Positions 56,517 through 64,000 of a stretch of DNA of 64,000 nt are shown here, one piece after another (the first letter of the stretch is position 1; the number at the start of each line of letters is the position of its first letter). Below the pieces are notes generated by a model that made no database searches, had not been told where the DNA came from, and saw nothing but the letters and a program-made list of their open reading frames with translations. The translations under genes and the position numbers were made by a program. The stretch spans positions 752 through 64,751 of the forward strand of contig CAZGBP010000001.1 in NCBI GenBank assembly GCA_964524035.1, in the 5' to 3' direction. Origin of the DNA: an uncultured Bifidobacteriaceae bacterium (GTDB taxonomy: Bacteria; Bacteroidota; Bacteroidia; Chitinophagales; UBA10324).

Positions 56517-58463
56517 TTAATCCCAAACGGGTAAACCAGCCATCTTCCGGGTGGCCTTAACATGTGCATCCGTGCGCAGCACGCCGTTGAATGAGTCGCC
56601 ATACATTTGTATTACCCAGGTATTTTTTTCTTTCACTTCCTTGTCGTAAAGCTGGTAAAACGCTTCCAGTTCATTGAAAACAACGTGCAGATACGCTATC
56701 ATGGTCTCAAACCCGGACCCCGGATGCTGTTGGTTCATCGCAACAAACTGCTGTTGAATGGCCCGTGCTTTTTCCTCCATGCCTGCTTTTTTATAACCCA
56801 GTGCAAGAGCCAACAGAACATAAGGATGGTCTCCTACAATCTTATGGTTGGCTTCAAAGATGTCGAGCGCTTTTTTATAATCCCCCTTCAGGTATGCAAC
56901 ATAGCCAAGTAACTGTTTCGCCAAAAAATTATCAGGATTTAAAGCCACCGACCGCTCTGCAAGTTCAAGTGCTTCATCGGGCTTGTTAATATAAATCAGG
57001 ATACGTGCTGCTTCCGCCAAAGTGCGTGCGCTCATAGGATCCACCTGAGCGGTGCGCATTGCTACTTCTGCCGCTTTATCATATTGCAGCATCAGCATGT
57101 AGTATTCTCCCAAAACAAAATACACGGCAGGCTCGCTGGGGTTGATCGTGTTGGCCTTAATAAGCAAGTCATAGGCTTCCTGCCATTCCCATTCAGCCAG
57201 CTTCACTATAGCCATGGCCGCCATAGCTTTGGGGTTTTCAGGTTGTGCTTTCATAGCCAGGCCTGCATGATAAGCTGCAAGCCTTTTTGCTTCATCAGCA
57301 TCCATAATGCCCATGATTCCCGGAAATGAATAGATGACAGCCAGCAAGGCATGAGCCGCGGAGAATTCAGGATCGAGGGTTACGGCTTCCTTAAGCTGAT
57401 CCACCGCGTTGAAGCGAACCTCCATCTGTATGCTATCCCAGTTGATCAGCGCCTGCAGGTATTTTTTATACGCCTCCAGGTTTTCCGTAGGGGCAGCGGC
57501 TATAGGCGCTTCATGCTTTTCAGGCAATAAATTTTCGCGCAGCTTATTGGCAATGGCCCTCGAAATCTCATCCTGCACTTCAAAAATATCTTCGAGGTTT
57601 CGATCGTAGGTTGCGCTCCAGATATGATAACCATCGGAAGCATTAATAAGCTGTGCCGTAATGCGCACTTTATTACCTGCTTTACGAACGCTGCCTTCAA
57701 TAATCTTCTGCACGTTCAGCTTACCGGCAATTTCACGAACATCCTCATTCACCCCTTTGAACGCAAAGGCCGATGTACGGGAAGTTACCTGCAGACCATC
57801 CACCTGTGCCAGTACATTAATCAGTTCTTCCGTGATGCCATCGCAGAAAAACTCATTCTCCGAATCCGAACTCAGGCTTGCGAAAGGAAGAACGGCAATT
57901 GCGTTGAGCACTTCTTTCACTTTCCCTTTTACTTCTGTTCTGGAGGGAACAACAATTCCCTGATTGGAAACAGCATAAACCTGCATGGCCTGTTTGACAT
58001 TCTTCAATTCAAAAAAGCCAAGGGGTTGGGTACGTATACTTTGGTGGTTCCGTACCTCTTCCTGCATACGTTCAGAAATAAATATGCTGCCGGGTACTGC
58101 CAGTGTTTCAATCCTGGATGCCACGTTTACACTGTCACCATAAATGCCGGCTTCATCGAAGATGATATCCCCGATATGAATACCAATACGCACATCTATC
58201 TTCGGGTCTTCCAGGTTATGTGTCTGCATCTCAATGGCACACAGGATGGCATTAACGGCAGAAGTGAACATGCTTAAAGTGCCATCCCCATAATATTGCA
58301 GTAACCTTCCGCCATGCTTTTCCAATGCACGTTCAATAATGTTTTTGCTGCGGTCGCGCTTCTTAAGTGCAAGTTGTTCATTCTCCTGCATCAGGGCGGT
58401 ATACCCCACCATATCGGTGAACATGATTGCTGCAAGCTGACGGGTTGTAGCCATAGTGCTCAA
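56517..58463 (-). CDS. Class III adenylate/guanylate cyclase domain protein with TolB_N-like middle domain and TPR repeats (paralog 1)
   Basis: 648 aa. Cyclase motifs are IMFTDMVGYT, YYGDGT and GDSVNVASRIE. The middle domain is VLPFASLSSDSENEFFCDGITEEL, and the C-terminus is TPR-like. Confidence 0.85.
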   Translation of the reverse strand: MSTMATTRQLAAIMFTDMVGYTALMQENEQLALKKRDRSKNIIERALEKHGGRLLQYYGDGTLSMFTSAVNAILCAIEMQTHNLEDPKIDVRIGIHIGDIIFDEAGIYGDSVNVASRIETLAVPGSIFISERMQEEVRNHQSIRTQPLGFFELKNVKQAMQVYAVSNQGIVVPSRTEVKGKVKEVLNAIAVLPFASLSSDSENEFFCDGITEELINVLAQVDGLQVTSRTSAFAFKGVNEDVREIAGKLNVQKIIEGSVRKAGNKVRITAQLINASDGYHIWSATYDRNLEDIFEVQDEISRAIANKLRENLLPEKHEAPIAAAPTENLEAYKKYLQALINWDSIQMEVRFNAVDQLKEAVTLDPEFSAAHALLAVIYSFPGIMGIMDADEAKRLAAYHAGLAMKAQPENPKAMAAMAIVKLAEWEWQEAYDLLIKANTINPSEPAVYFVLGEYYMLMLQYDKAAEVAMRTAQVDPMSARTLAEAARILIYINKPDEALELAERSVALNPDNFLAKQLLGYVAYLKGDYKKALDIFEANHKIVGDHPYVLLALALGYKKAGMEEKARAIQQQFVAMNQQHPGSGFETMIAYLHVVFNELEAFYQLYDKEVKEKNTWVIQMYGDSFNGVLRTDAHVKATRKMAGLPVWD

Positions 58464-58564
58464 ACCTACATATTCGGTAATAGAAAAACAAGGAGTAATG
58501 CTGCCTGCGTATATGATTATGCTTATATATTTACTCTATATTTACTCTGACGAAAAATCAAACC

Positions 58565-59245
58565 ATGCCTTTAAAAGTAATTGGTGCCGGAATGGGCCGG
58601 ACCGGAACAGAATCGTTGAAGATTGCATTGGAGCATTTGGGATTTGGCAAATGCTATCATATGTATGAACTGATAAAAGACCAAAGCAGGTTTCCCTGCT
58701 GGCTGCAACTGGAGCAGGGGGAGGTACCCGATTATGCTGTATTGTTTGATGGCTACCAGTCGGCTGTTGATTTTCCTGCAGCCTTGTACTATCGTGAATT
58801 CATGAAACAATATCCTGAGGCAAAAGTAATTCTGACGGTACGGGACGCCGGAAGCTGGTATGACAGTGCCAGCAAAACCATTTTGAAAGGTATCCCTGCA
58901 CCGGTTTTGTTGCTGGCCAGGGTGTTTGGTGTATTTTCTGGTCGGCTCAGAAACCTGCCCGCAGCTTCCCAATGGCTCGACCGGATACTTTTTAATGAAC
59001 AAGCTTTGTTCAAAGGCCGGGCGAAGAACCGTGAAGCCATGATGCAACTGTTTAACGATTGGAATGAGGAAGTAAAGAGGACCGTACCGGCCGACAAGCT
59101 GCTTGTGTTTGAAGTGAAAGATGGATGGGAACCGTTATGCCGATTCCTGGATGTTGCCATTCCAGCTATTCCTTTTCCGCGGAGTAATGACAGCCAGGAT
59201 TTTCAGAAGAAAAGTATAAGGCGGATGTTGAAAAGGGAAGGATGA
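58565..59245 (+). CDS. Sulfotransferase family protein (Sulfotransfer_4-like)
   Basis: 226 aa. N-terminal GAGMGRTGTESL P-loop-like PAPS motif. Confidence 0.7.
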   Translation: MPLKVIGAGMGRTGTESLKIALEHLGFGKCYHMYELIKDQSRFPCWLQLEQGEVPDYAVLFDGYQSAVDFPAALYYREFMKQYPEAKVILTVRDAGSWYDSASKTILKGIPAPVLLLARVFGVFSGRLRNLPAASQWLDRILFNEQALFKGRAKNREAMMQLFNDWNEEVKRTVPADKLLVFEVKDGWEPLCRFLDVAIPAIPFPRSNDSQDFQKKSIRRMLKREG

Positions 59246-59279
59246 ACCTGCCAGGTATTTGTTTTGATAAACGGAAATT

Positions 59280-61208
59280 TCAGACCGGAAGTCCCATCTT
59301 AATCCTGATCGCAATCAAACGCGGATCATTTCTGAATTTTTCAGGAAGCAGCGGAGACTTATAGATCCAACCGGGAACGATGGAACCGCCGGCAACACCT
59401 TTTTCAATCACTTCATAGAATGCCGTTTCCATTCCAAGTGCTGCATAAATCAGCCCCACATGGTCCATAACATGACCCTGGTTTTGTTTACCTGCTTCTT
59501 CAAACCAGTCAATACATGACTTCGCCTTTTCGGTTTCACCATGTGTAGCATAGGCCATTCCCAGTATTCCCATGAGCATTGGAAAAGGGCCATGCTGCTT
59601 CCTGATGGCTTCCAGTCTTGGAATAATGGTATGCCACCCGTCTCTGGCTCCTTCAACAAAGAGGCCGACCATGGTTATATATGCAATTTCTGAAGAGACT
59701 TTATTGAACTCATGACATATTCTATGTGCCTTTTCCAGCTGGTTGGAATACAGGTACAGGTTCGCAATCATGCCATTGGAAAAGGCATCCAGCGGATCAA
59801 TGGCCCTGATTTTTTGCGCATATTCATCCAGGTCATCGAATTCGCGCATAAGCAAACGGTAAAGAGAATAGAAGCTCCAGGCAAATGAGCTGTTAGGATT
59901 TACCGACAGCGATTTTTCAAGCAATGCGCATGCAGTTTTCCAGTTAAAGCCAAACATCATATTCCAGATTCCGGAAGCAAGCAGGGAATAAGGATTTTCG
60001 GGTGAAATTTCCATGGCTTTATTGGCTGCAACCCTGCATTTTTCACCGGCTTCTTTCAGCGGCAGCATCCCGTTTTCGCCCATGGCAAAATATAGAAATG
60101 CCATGTAGCTGTAAGGTTCGGCAAACACCGGATCCAGCTGCACGGCTTCTTCAAATAGTTGCATGGCCACCGTGATTTCGTGCGTTCCCTTCTGCCAGGT
60201 TGTTACCGCCTTCAGGTATTTCATGTAGGCCTGTAAATTTTCAGTCGGCGCCTTCACAATTTGCCTGGTGAAATCCTGTTCGTTCAGGTTTAGCCGGAAC
60301 TTACCGGCGATTTCGCGTGCGATCTCATCCTGCACAATAAAAATATCTTCAAGTGAGCGATCATAGGTTTCACTCCAAAGATGGTAGCCATCGGCTGCAT
60401 TGATCAACTGTGCCGTAATCCTTACTTTATTGCCTGATTTCCGCACGCTGCCTTCCAGTACCTTCTGTACATTGAGTTTTGTGGCGATTTCCCTTATATC
60501 TTCTGTTTTCCCTTTAAAAGCGAAAGAGGAAGTACGCGAGGTAACCTGCAAGCCATCCATCTTTGCCAATACATTCAGCAGTTCTTCCGTTATGCCATCG
60601 CAGAAGTATTCATTTTCAGGATCTGAACTTAAAGAGGCGAAAGGCAAAACGGCTATTGAGTTCACCACCTTTTTTAGTTTCCCTTTCACTTCATCTCTTG
60701 TAGGCACCAGTACTCCTTCATTGGAAATGGCAAAGACCTCAACAGGCTGTTTCACATTCTTCATTTCGAAGAATCCAATCGCCTTCGAATAAATGCCCTC
60801 ATGATTCTTTATTTCATCATAAAGTTTCACCGAAATAAAAATGCTGCCCGGAACAGCAAGCGATTCAATCCTCGAAGCAACATTAACACTGTCGCCATAG
60901 ATGCCGTTTTCATCTGTCAGTACATCTCCGGTATGTATCCCAATGCGCAGCTCTATTTTATCCTGCCTGCAATGGGTTTGAATTTCAATGGCGCATCTGA
61001 CTGCATTAACACCAGACGTGAAAATGCTGAGGGTTCCGTCTCCGTAATATTGCAACAGTTTACCATTAAAGCGGCCGAGTGCTTTGTCAAAAATGGACTG
61101 ACAGCGATCGCGCTTTTGCAATGCCAGTTGTTCATTTTCCTGCATCAAGGCAGTGTATCCTACCATGTCGGTAAACATGATTGCGGCAAGCTGACGCGTT
61201 TGGCTCAT
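59280..61208 (-). CDS. Class III adenylate/guanylate cyclase domain protein with TolB_N-like domain and TPR repeats (paralog 2)
   Basis: 642 aa. The first ~330 aa are collinear and highly similar to 56517-58463 (same motifs). The C-terminal TPR part is divergent. Confidence 0.85.
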   Translation of the reverse strand: MSQTRQLAAIMFTDMVGYTALMQENEQLALQKRDRCQSIFDKALGRFNGKLLQYYGDGTLSIFTSGVNAVRCAIEIQTHCRQDKIELRIGIHTGDVLTDENGIYGDSVNVASRIESLAVPGSIFISVKLYDEIKNHEGIYSKAIGFFEMKNVKQPVEVFAISNEGVLVPTRDEVKGKLKKVVNSIAVLPFASLSSDPENEYFCDGITEELLNVLAKMDGLQVTSRTSSFAFKGKTEDIREIATKLNVQKVLEGSVRKSGNKVRITAQLINAADGYHLWSETYDRSLEDIFIVQDEIAREIAGKFRLNLNEQDFTRQIVKAPTENLQAYMKYLKAVTTWQKGTHEITVAMQLFEEAVQLDPVFAEPYSYMAFLYFAMGENGMLPLKEAGEKCRVAANKAMEISPENPYSLLASGIWNMMFGFNWKTACALLEKSLSVNPNSSFAWSFYSLYRLLMREFDDLDEYAQKIRAIDPLDAFSNGMIANLYLYSNQLEKAHRICHEFNKVSSEIAYITMVGLFVEGARDGWHTIIPRLEAIRKQHGPFPMLMGILGMAYATHGETEKAKSCIDWFEEAGKQNQGHVMDHVGLIYAALGMETAFYEVIEKGVAGGSIVPGWIYKSPLLPEKFRNDPRLIAIRIKMGLPV

Positions 61209-61338
61209 AGCTCAAACCTAAGTAAAGGCTACCAGAAAATCAATGGATATTGGCAAACGATGCGAAGCAGTGCATTGATGCTTACCCGGGTTAGACAAGC
61301 AGCTATCTCAGTTGAAGCTGCTAACCGGTAGGTTTCAG

Positions 61339-61725
61339 TTATTGAAACTCCTGTATCAGCTCTGCAATTTCCTCAAAAGCACCTTCCCCTTTCATTACAT
61401 ATTGTTCAGCGCCTTTTTGTATGCTCTCGAATGCCGTTGAATACCTCTCCTGGCCTGATAGCATAATAACATGAACTTCCGGATGAAATTTCCGGATCGC
61501 CTGTAGAATTTCCAGACCATTGGCAGCGTCTTTGTGAACGGAGTTGAGGTAATATGCAAGGATGACGATATCCGGTTTCTCATGCAGCTTTTTAAGACAT
61601 TCTTCCCCGGTGCTGAAAACTGAGACCTGGTGTGGTATATCCTGTGTAAGAAAATTCTTCAGCGCTTCTGTTGCCGTTGCATCGTCATCAACGATAAAGA
61701 TTTTCCGGGGATTACGGTATTCCAT
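61339..61725 (-). CDS. Single-domain response-regulator receiver lacking the phospho-acceptor Asp
   Basis: Start moved to ATG 61725 (MEYRNPRKIFIVDDD). The acidic pair, Ser (VIMLSGQ) and Lys (YVMKG) are present. The expected LDYYL reads LAYYL (Ala57, codon GCA at 61557-61555). Confidence 0.75.
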   Translation of the reverse strand: MEYRNPRKIFIVDDDATATEALKNFLTQDIPHQVSVFSTGEECLKKLHEKPDIVILAYYLNSVHKDAANGLEILQAIRKFHPEVHVIMLSGQERYSTAFESIQKGAEQYVMKGEGAFEEIAELIQEFQ

Positions 61726-62161
61726 ATGTAAAGCTATTTTGATGTAAATGTAATGTTCAAATGGTTTTGTAGCAACCATGCTCATTCAGGAAGTTACCAA
61801 TAAGTTGCCGGTCGCTCACTTTCACATGACCGGTTTGTGGTGATTAATAAAGCTGCACCCGGGTACCTGCTAATTTTCGTACATGGAAAAAATGCGTGTC
61901 ATACAAAGGATACCATGACTTTAAAGAGAAGAAATATTTCGCAGCACGCTTTGCAGGATGCTAATTTGACCAGCTGCTTTAGGGTATATCGCCACCTGAT
62001 TGAAGACTAAAAACCTTATGAACTGCCGGCAAATCTTGTTCCCTTTTTCGGCAACCGATTATTAAGCAGCCTGTAATACCATGATATACCTAAACGATCA
62101 ATCAAACTTCTGCAACCATTCATGGAGAATATTTTCGGGCGTATGCGGGTGGAAGTAAAAA

Positions 62162-62215
62162 AGCAGTATGGACAGTATTAATATGGTTCATGCAAAACTG
62201 TCCCATGCTTTTTCC
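62162..62215 (-). terminator. Probable bidirectional hairpin terminator downstream of the cytochrome c gene
   Basis: GGACAGT / ACTGTCC plus AGCA / TGCT stems, flanked by an A-run upstream and a T-run downstream on the plus strand. It lies about 50 nt past the stop at 62266. Confidence 0.45.
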
Positions 62216-62265
62216 ATTCAACTGGTCATTTCCGGCTTAATTGCCTGATGCACGCCAAAAAGATC

Positions 62266-63249
62266 TTACTGCTCCTCCCTGACCAGTATGTCACCAACAT
62301 CATTCTTAACAGGTGGCAGGCTCATCAGGTATTTATAAACAGCTTTCAAGTCGTTGTCGCTATAGTTCACAAATGTTTCCCAGGGCATAATACTTTCTTT
62401 AACTCTGCGCCCTTCTTTTTGAAAACGCTCTTTGAACCGTTCATAGCTCCAGGTTGCTATTTTGCCGGTTTCAGGATCCGGTGTCAGATTTGCGGTCATG
62501 ACCCATACGCCCGGTTCTTCCGTTGCGCTCGGCGTTTTTCCTCCTCCGGCAAAGGGGGTTCCGGTAAATTTACCGCTCATCTCGTCAAACTGGGTATGGC
62601 AATCTTCACAGCCGGAAACAGCCCTGGCCAGGTATTCCCCATACTCCACCGTAGTATCACGTTTTACGGGTCTCGGAAAACCTTCCTTCGGAGGATATGG
62701 CCTAATCATAAATGCCATCACGCCTTTCATAATAAAATTGAGATGATCTTCCGGCACTTCCTTTTTTACGGGTGCTACCGTTCGCAGGTAAGAAATGATA
62801 GCAGTCAGGTCCTCATCATTCATGTTGGCATAAGCCATAAAAGGAAACATGATGGTTCCGTCAGAGCGTACTCCGTGCCTTATCATGCGGGCCAGCTCCT
62901 GATCGCTGTACCTTCCAATGCCGGTTTCTTTATCAGGGGTTAGGTTCTTTGAATGCACCGCACCTCCTGGCAATGTGAATACCATGCCGCCCGAAAGGGT
63001 AAGCTGCGAAAGAGGTATGCCATTCATAAAATCTTCGCGGGTTCCTGAATGGCATTCCGCACAGTGTGCAGGGCCATATACCAGGTACTTGCCGTGTGCT
63101 ATCACAGCGCTATCAGTACTCGCTGCGATATCCGGAAGCGGAGCCTCCATCTTCGGAGGATACATGGTGTAAACAGCAACAACCAAACCGATGATGACAA
63201 CGGCAAGCACAATGCCCGTCCATTTAAGAATGCGTAACAGTGTTTTCAT
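62266..63249 (-). CDS. Di-haem c-type cytochrome, membrane-anchored
   Basis: Start moved to ATG 63249 (MKTLLRILKWTGIVLAVVIIGLVV anchor). Two CxxCH motifs (CAECH, CEDCH). Confidence 0.85.
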   Translation of the reverse strand: MKTLLRILKWTGIVLAVVIIGLVVAVYTMYPPKMEAPLPDIAASTDSAVIAHGKYLVYGPAHCAECHSGTREDFMNGIPLSQLTLSGGMVFTLPGGAVHSKNLTPDKETGIGRYSDQELARMIRHGVRSDGTIMFPFMAYANMNDEDLTAIISYLRTVAPVKKEVPEDHLNFIMKGVMAFMIRPYPPKEGFPRPVKRDTTVEYGEYLARAVSGCEDCHTQFDEMSGKFTGTPFAGGGKTPSATEEPGVWVMTANLTPDPETGKIATWSYERFKERFQKEGRRVKESIMPWETFVNYSDNDLKAVYKYLMSLPPVKNDVGDILVREEQ

Positions 63250-63647
63250 TAAGGTTATGTTTAGTATAGGTAGATTGCTGTGATCAACTAAACAGTCCTT
63301 TTTCTGAAAAAATGCAGTAAGCATTTTCCAAAAAAAAGCGCCTTCTTTCCACAATGAAGCTGAAGACCATTATTGCCTTGCAAATGCTACGTACTTTTCC
63401 GCTTCATCCGGAAACCAATCACAATGTATATATATTTATTTGAATTGTAAAAACATCGGATATCCATGCCCCGGTGGCTAGGCATTCCGGGAAAAAAATA
63501 AACAGATTTAACTATCTGAATAAATAATATTCATGGGCGGTCAAATCGGATATTGACATTGCCTGGCTGGCTGTGTGCCAACCCTTAGTTGACAAACTAA
63601 ACGGTTTGTTGTATGCCTGTTTATGAACTGTATAATCACTGATAAAT

Positions 63648-63995
63648 TCAGCAGCCGGTCGTTGTCCAGCTGGCCACCTGTTTCACCAGTTTGCCGGTTT
63701 CGGCTTTGGTAGAAAGAAACAGCGTGATGTTCGACATGTTGTAATGCGTGCTCAGGTCATAGAGCAGATCAGGCTTTCCATCGCGGTCAATATCTCCTGC
63801 ATAAAAAACCGCGGGTTGCACTTCATCACTTGCATATAACTGATCCAGGGAGATTATTTCCTGAACCACCGGCTGGTTGTACATGCTTTCCACCAGGGAA
63901 ACTTTATAATCTTTGATGTATGGTACCAACCGGTTCTTGGCCGTATCAAACACAACGGTGCCAGTAGCCATCAGTGCATATTCTTTGTTATTCAT
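63648..63995 (-). CDS. Hypothetical protein, possibly partial (FG-GAP/VCBS-like DIDRDGKPD motif)
   Basis: 115-aa ORF. The frame stays open upstream of ATG 63995 to the window edge, so the true start may lie outside the window. Confidence 0.4.
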   Translation of the reverse strand: MNNKEYALMATGTVVFDTAKNRLVPYIKDYKVSLVESMYNQPVVQEIISLDQLYASDEVQPAVFYAGDIDRDGKPDLLYDLSTHYNMSNITLFLSTKAETGKLVKQVASWTTTGC

Positions 63996-64000
63996 GTTAA

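Noticed and set aside
57624-58277. 217-aa plus-strand ORF, with similar antisense ORFs at 60801-61331, 60400-60792, 25515-26015, 19497-20069, 62248-62943 and 14300-14671
   Set aside because: All lie antisense to genes with clear domain motifs (cyclases, metallophosphoesterase, epimerase, CxxCH cytochrome, YceI). They have low-complexity, Cys/Phe/Arg-rich compositions typical of shadow ORFs.
56517-61208. Cyclases as a Pycsar/CBASS-like anti-phage signalling system
   Set aside because: No adjacent effector with a cyclic-nucleotide-binding, TIR, patatin or endonuclease domain is present. The CHD-TolB_N-TPR architecture is typical of regulatory cyclases. The unusual specificity residues are reported separately.
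1-64000. Prophage, integrative element or defence island
   Set aside because: I recognised no integrase, transposase, recombinase, capsid or terminase gene, restriction-modification gene, toxin-antitoxin pair or reverse transcriptase among the ORFs. I saw no flanking tRNA or long direct repeats.

Overview
This 64-kb, densely coding segment looks like a Bacteroidota chromosome. That is an inference from three proteins with Por/T9SS-type C-terminal sorting tails, GEVED, DUF5916-like and TSP3-OmpA outer-membrane proteins, and short or absent leaders. I call about 52 protein-coding genes on both strands. I see no rRNA, tRNA, CRISPR array, transposase, integrase or phage genes.

Recognisable content:
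- A glycan-type cluster: B12-binding radical SAM, SAM methyltransferase, Wzx-like flippase and GT-B glycosyltransferase, next to a 1040-aa GEVED/T9SS surface protein.
- Housekeeping genes: nhaA, bcp, an SSS transporter and NDH-2.
- An arsR-acr3-metallophosphoesterase operon.
- An RnfD/NqrB-like membrane protein translationally coupled to a DUF2330-like protein.
- An ECF sigma/anti-sigma pair.
- Several peptidases (M23, S41, an HExxH/beta-propeller protein) and two sulfotransferases.
- Two paralogous class III cyclase-TPR proteins next to a receiver domain that lacks the phospho-acceptor Asp.

I could not identify a clear-cut new multi-gene system with confidence. The most unusual signals are at the DNA level:
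- A GxxExxY nuclease-fold gene sits inside about 1.3 kb of tandem 91-117-bp repeats.
- A roughly 170-bp MITE-like element with terminal inverted repeats is present in three copies.
- An inverted array of about 20 heptamers (CGTCCTA-type) sits in front of an outer-membrane gene.
- Short-period word-like repeats (periods of 7, 8 and 9 nt) recur in intergenic DNA across the window.

All functional calls come from reading motifs by eye. No searches or computations were run.
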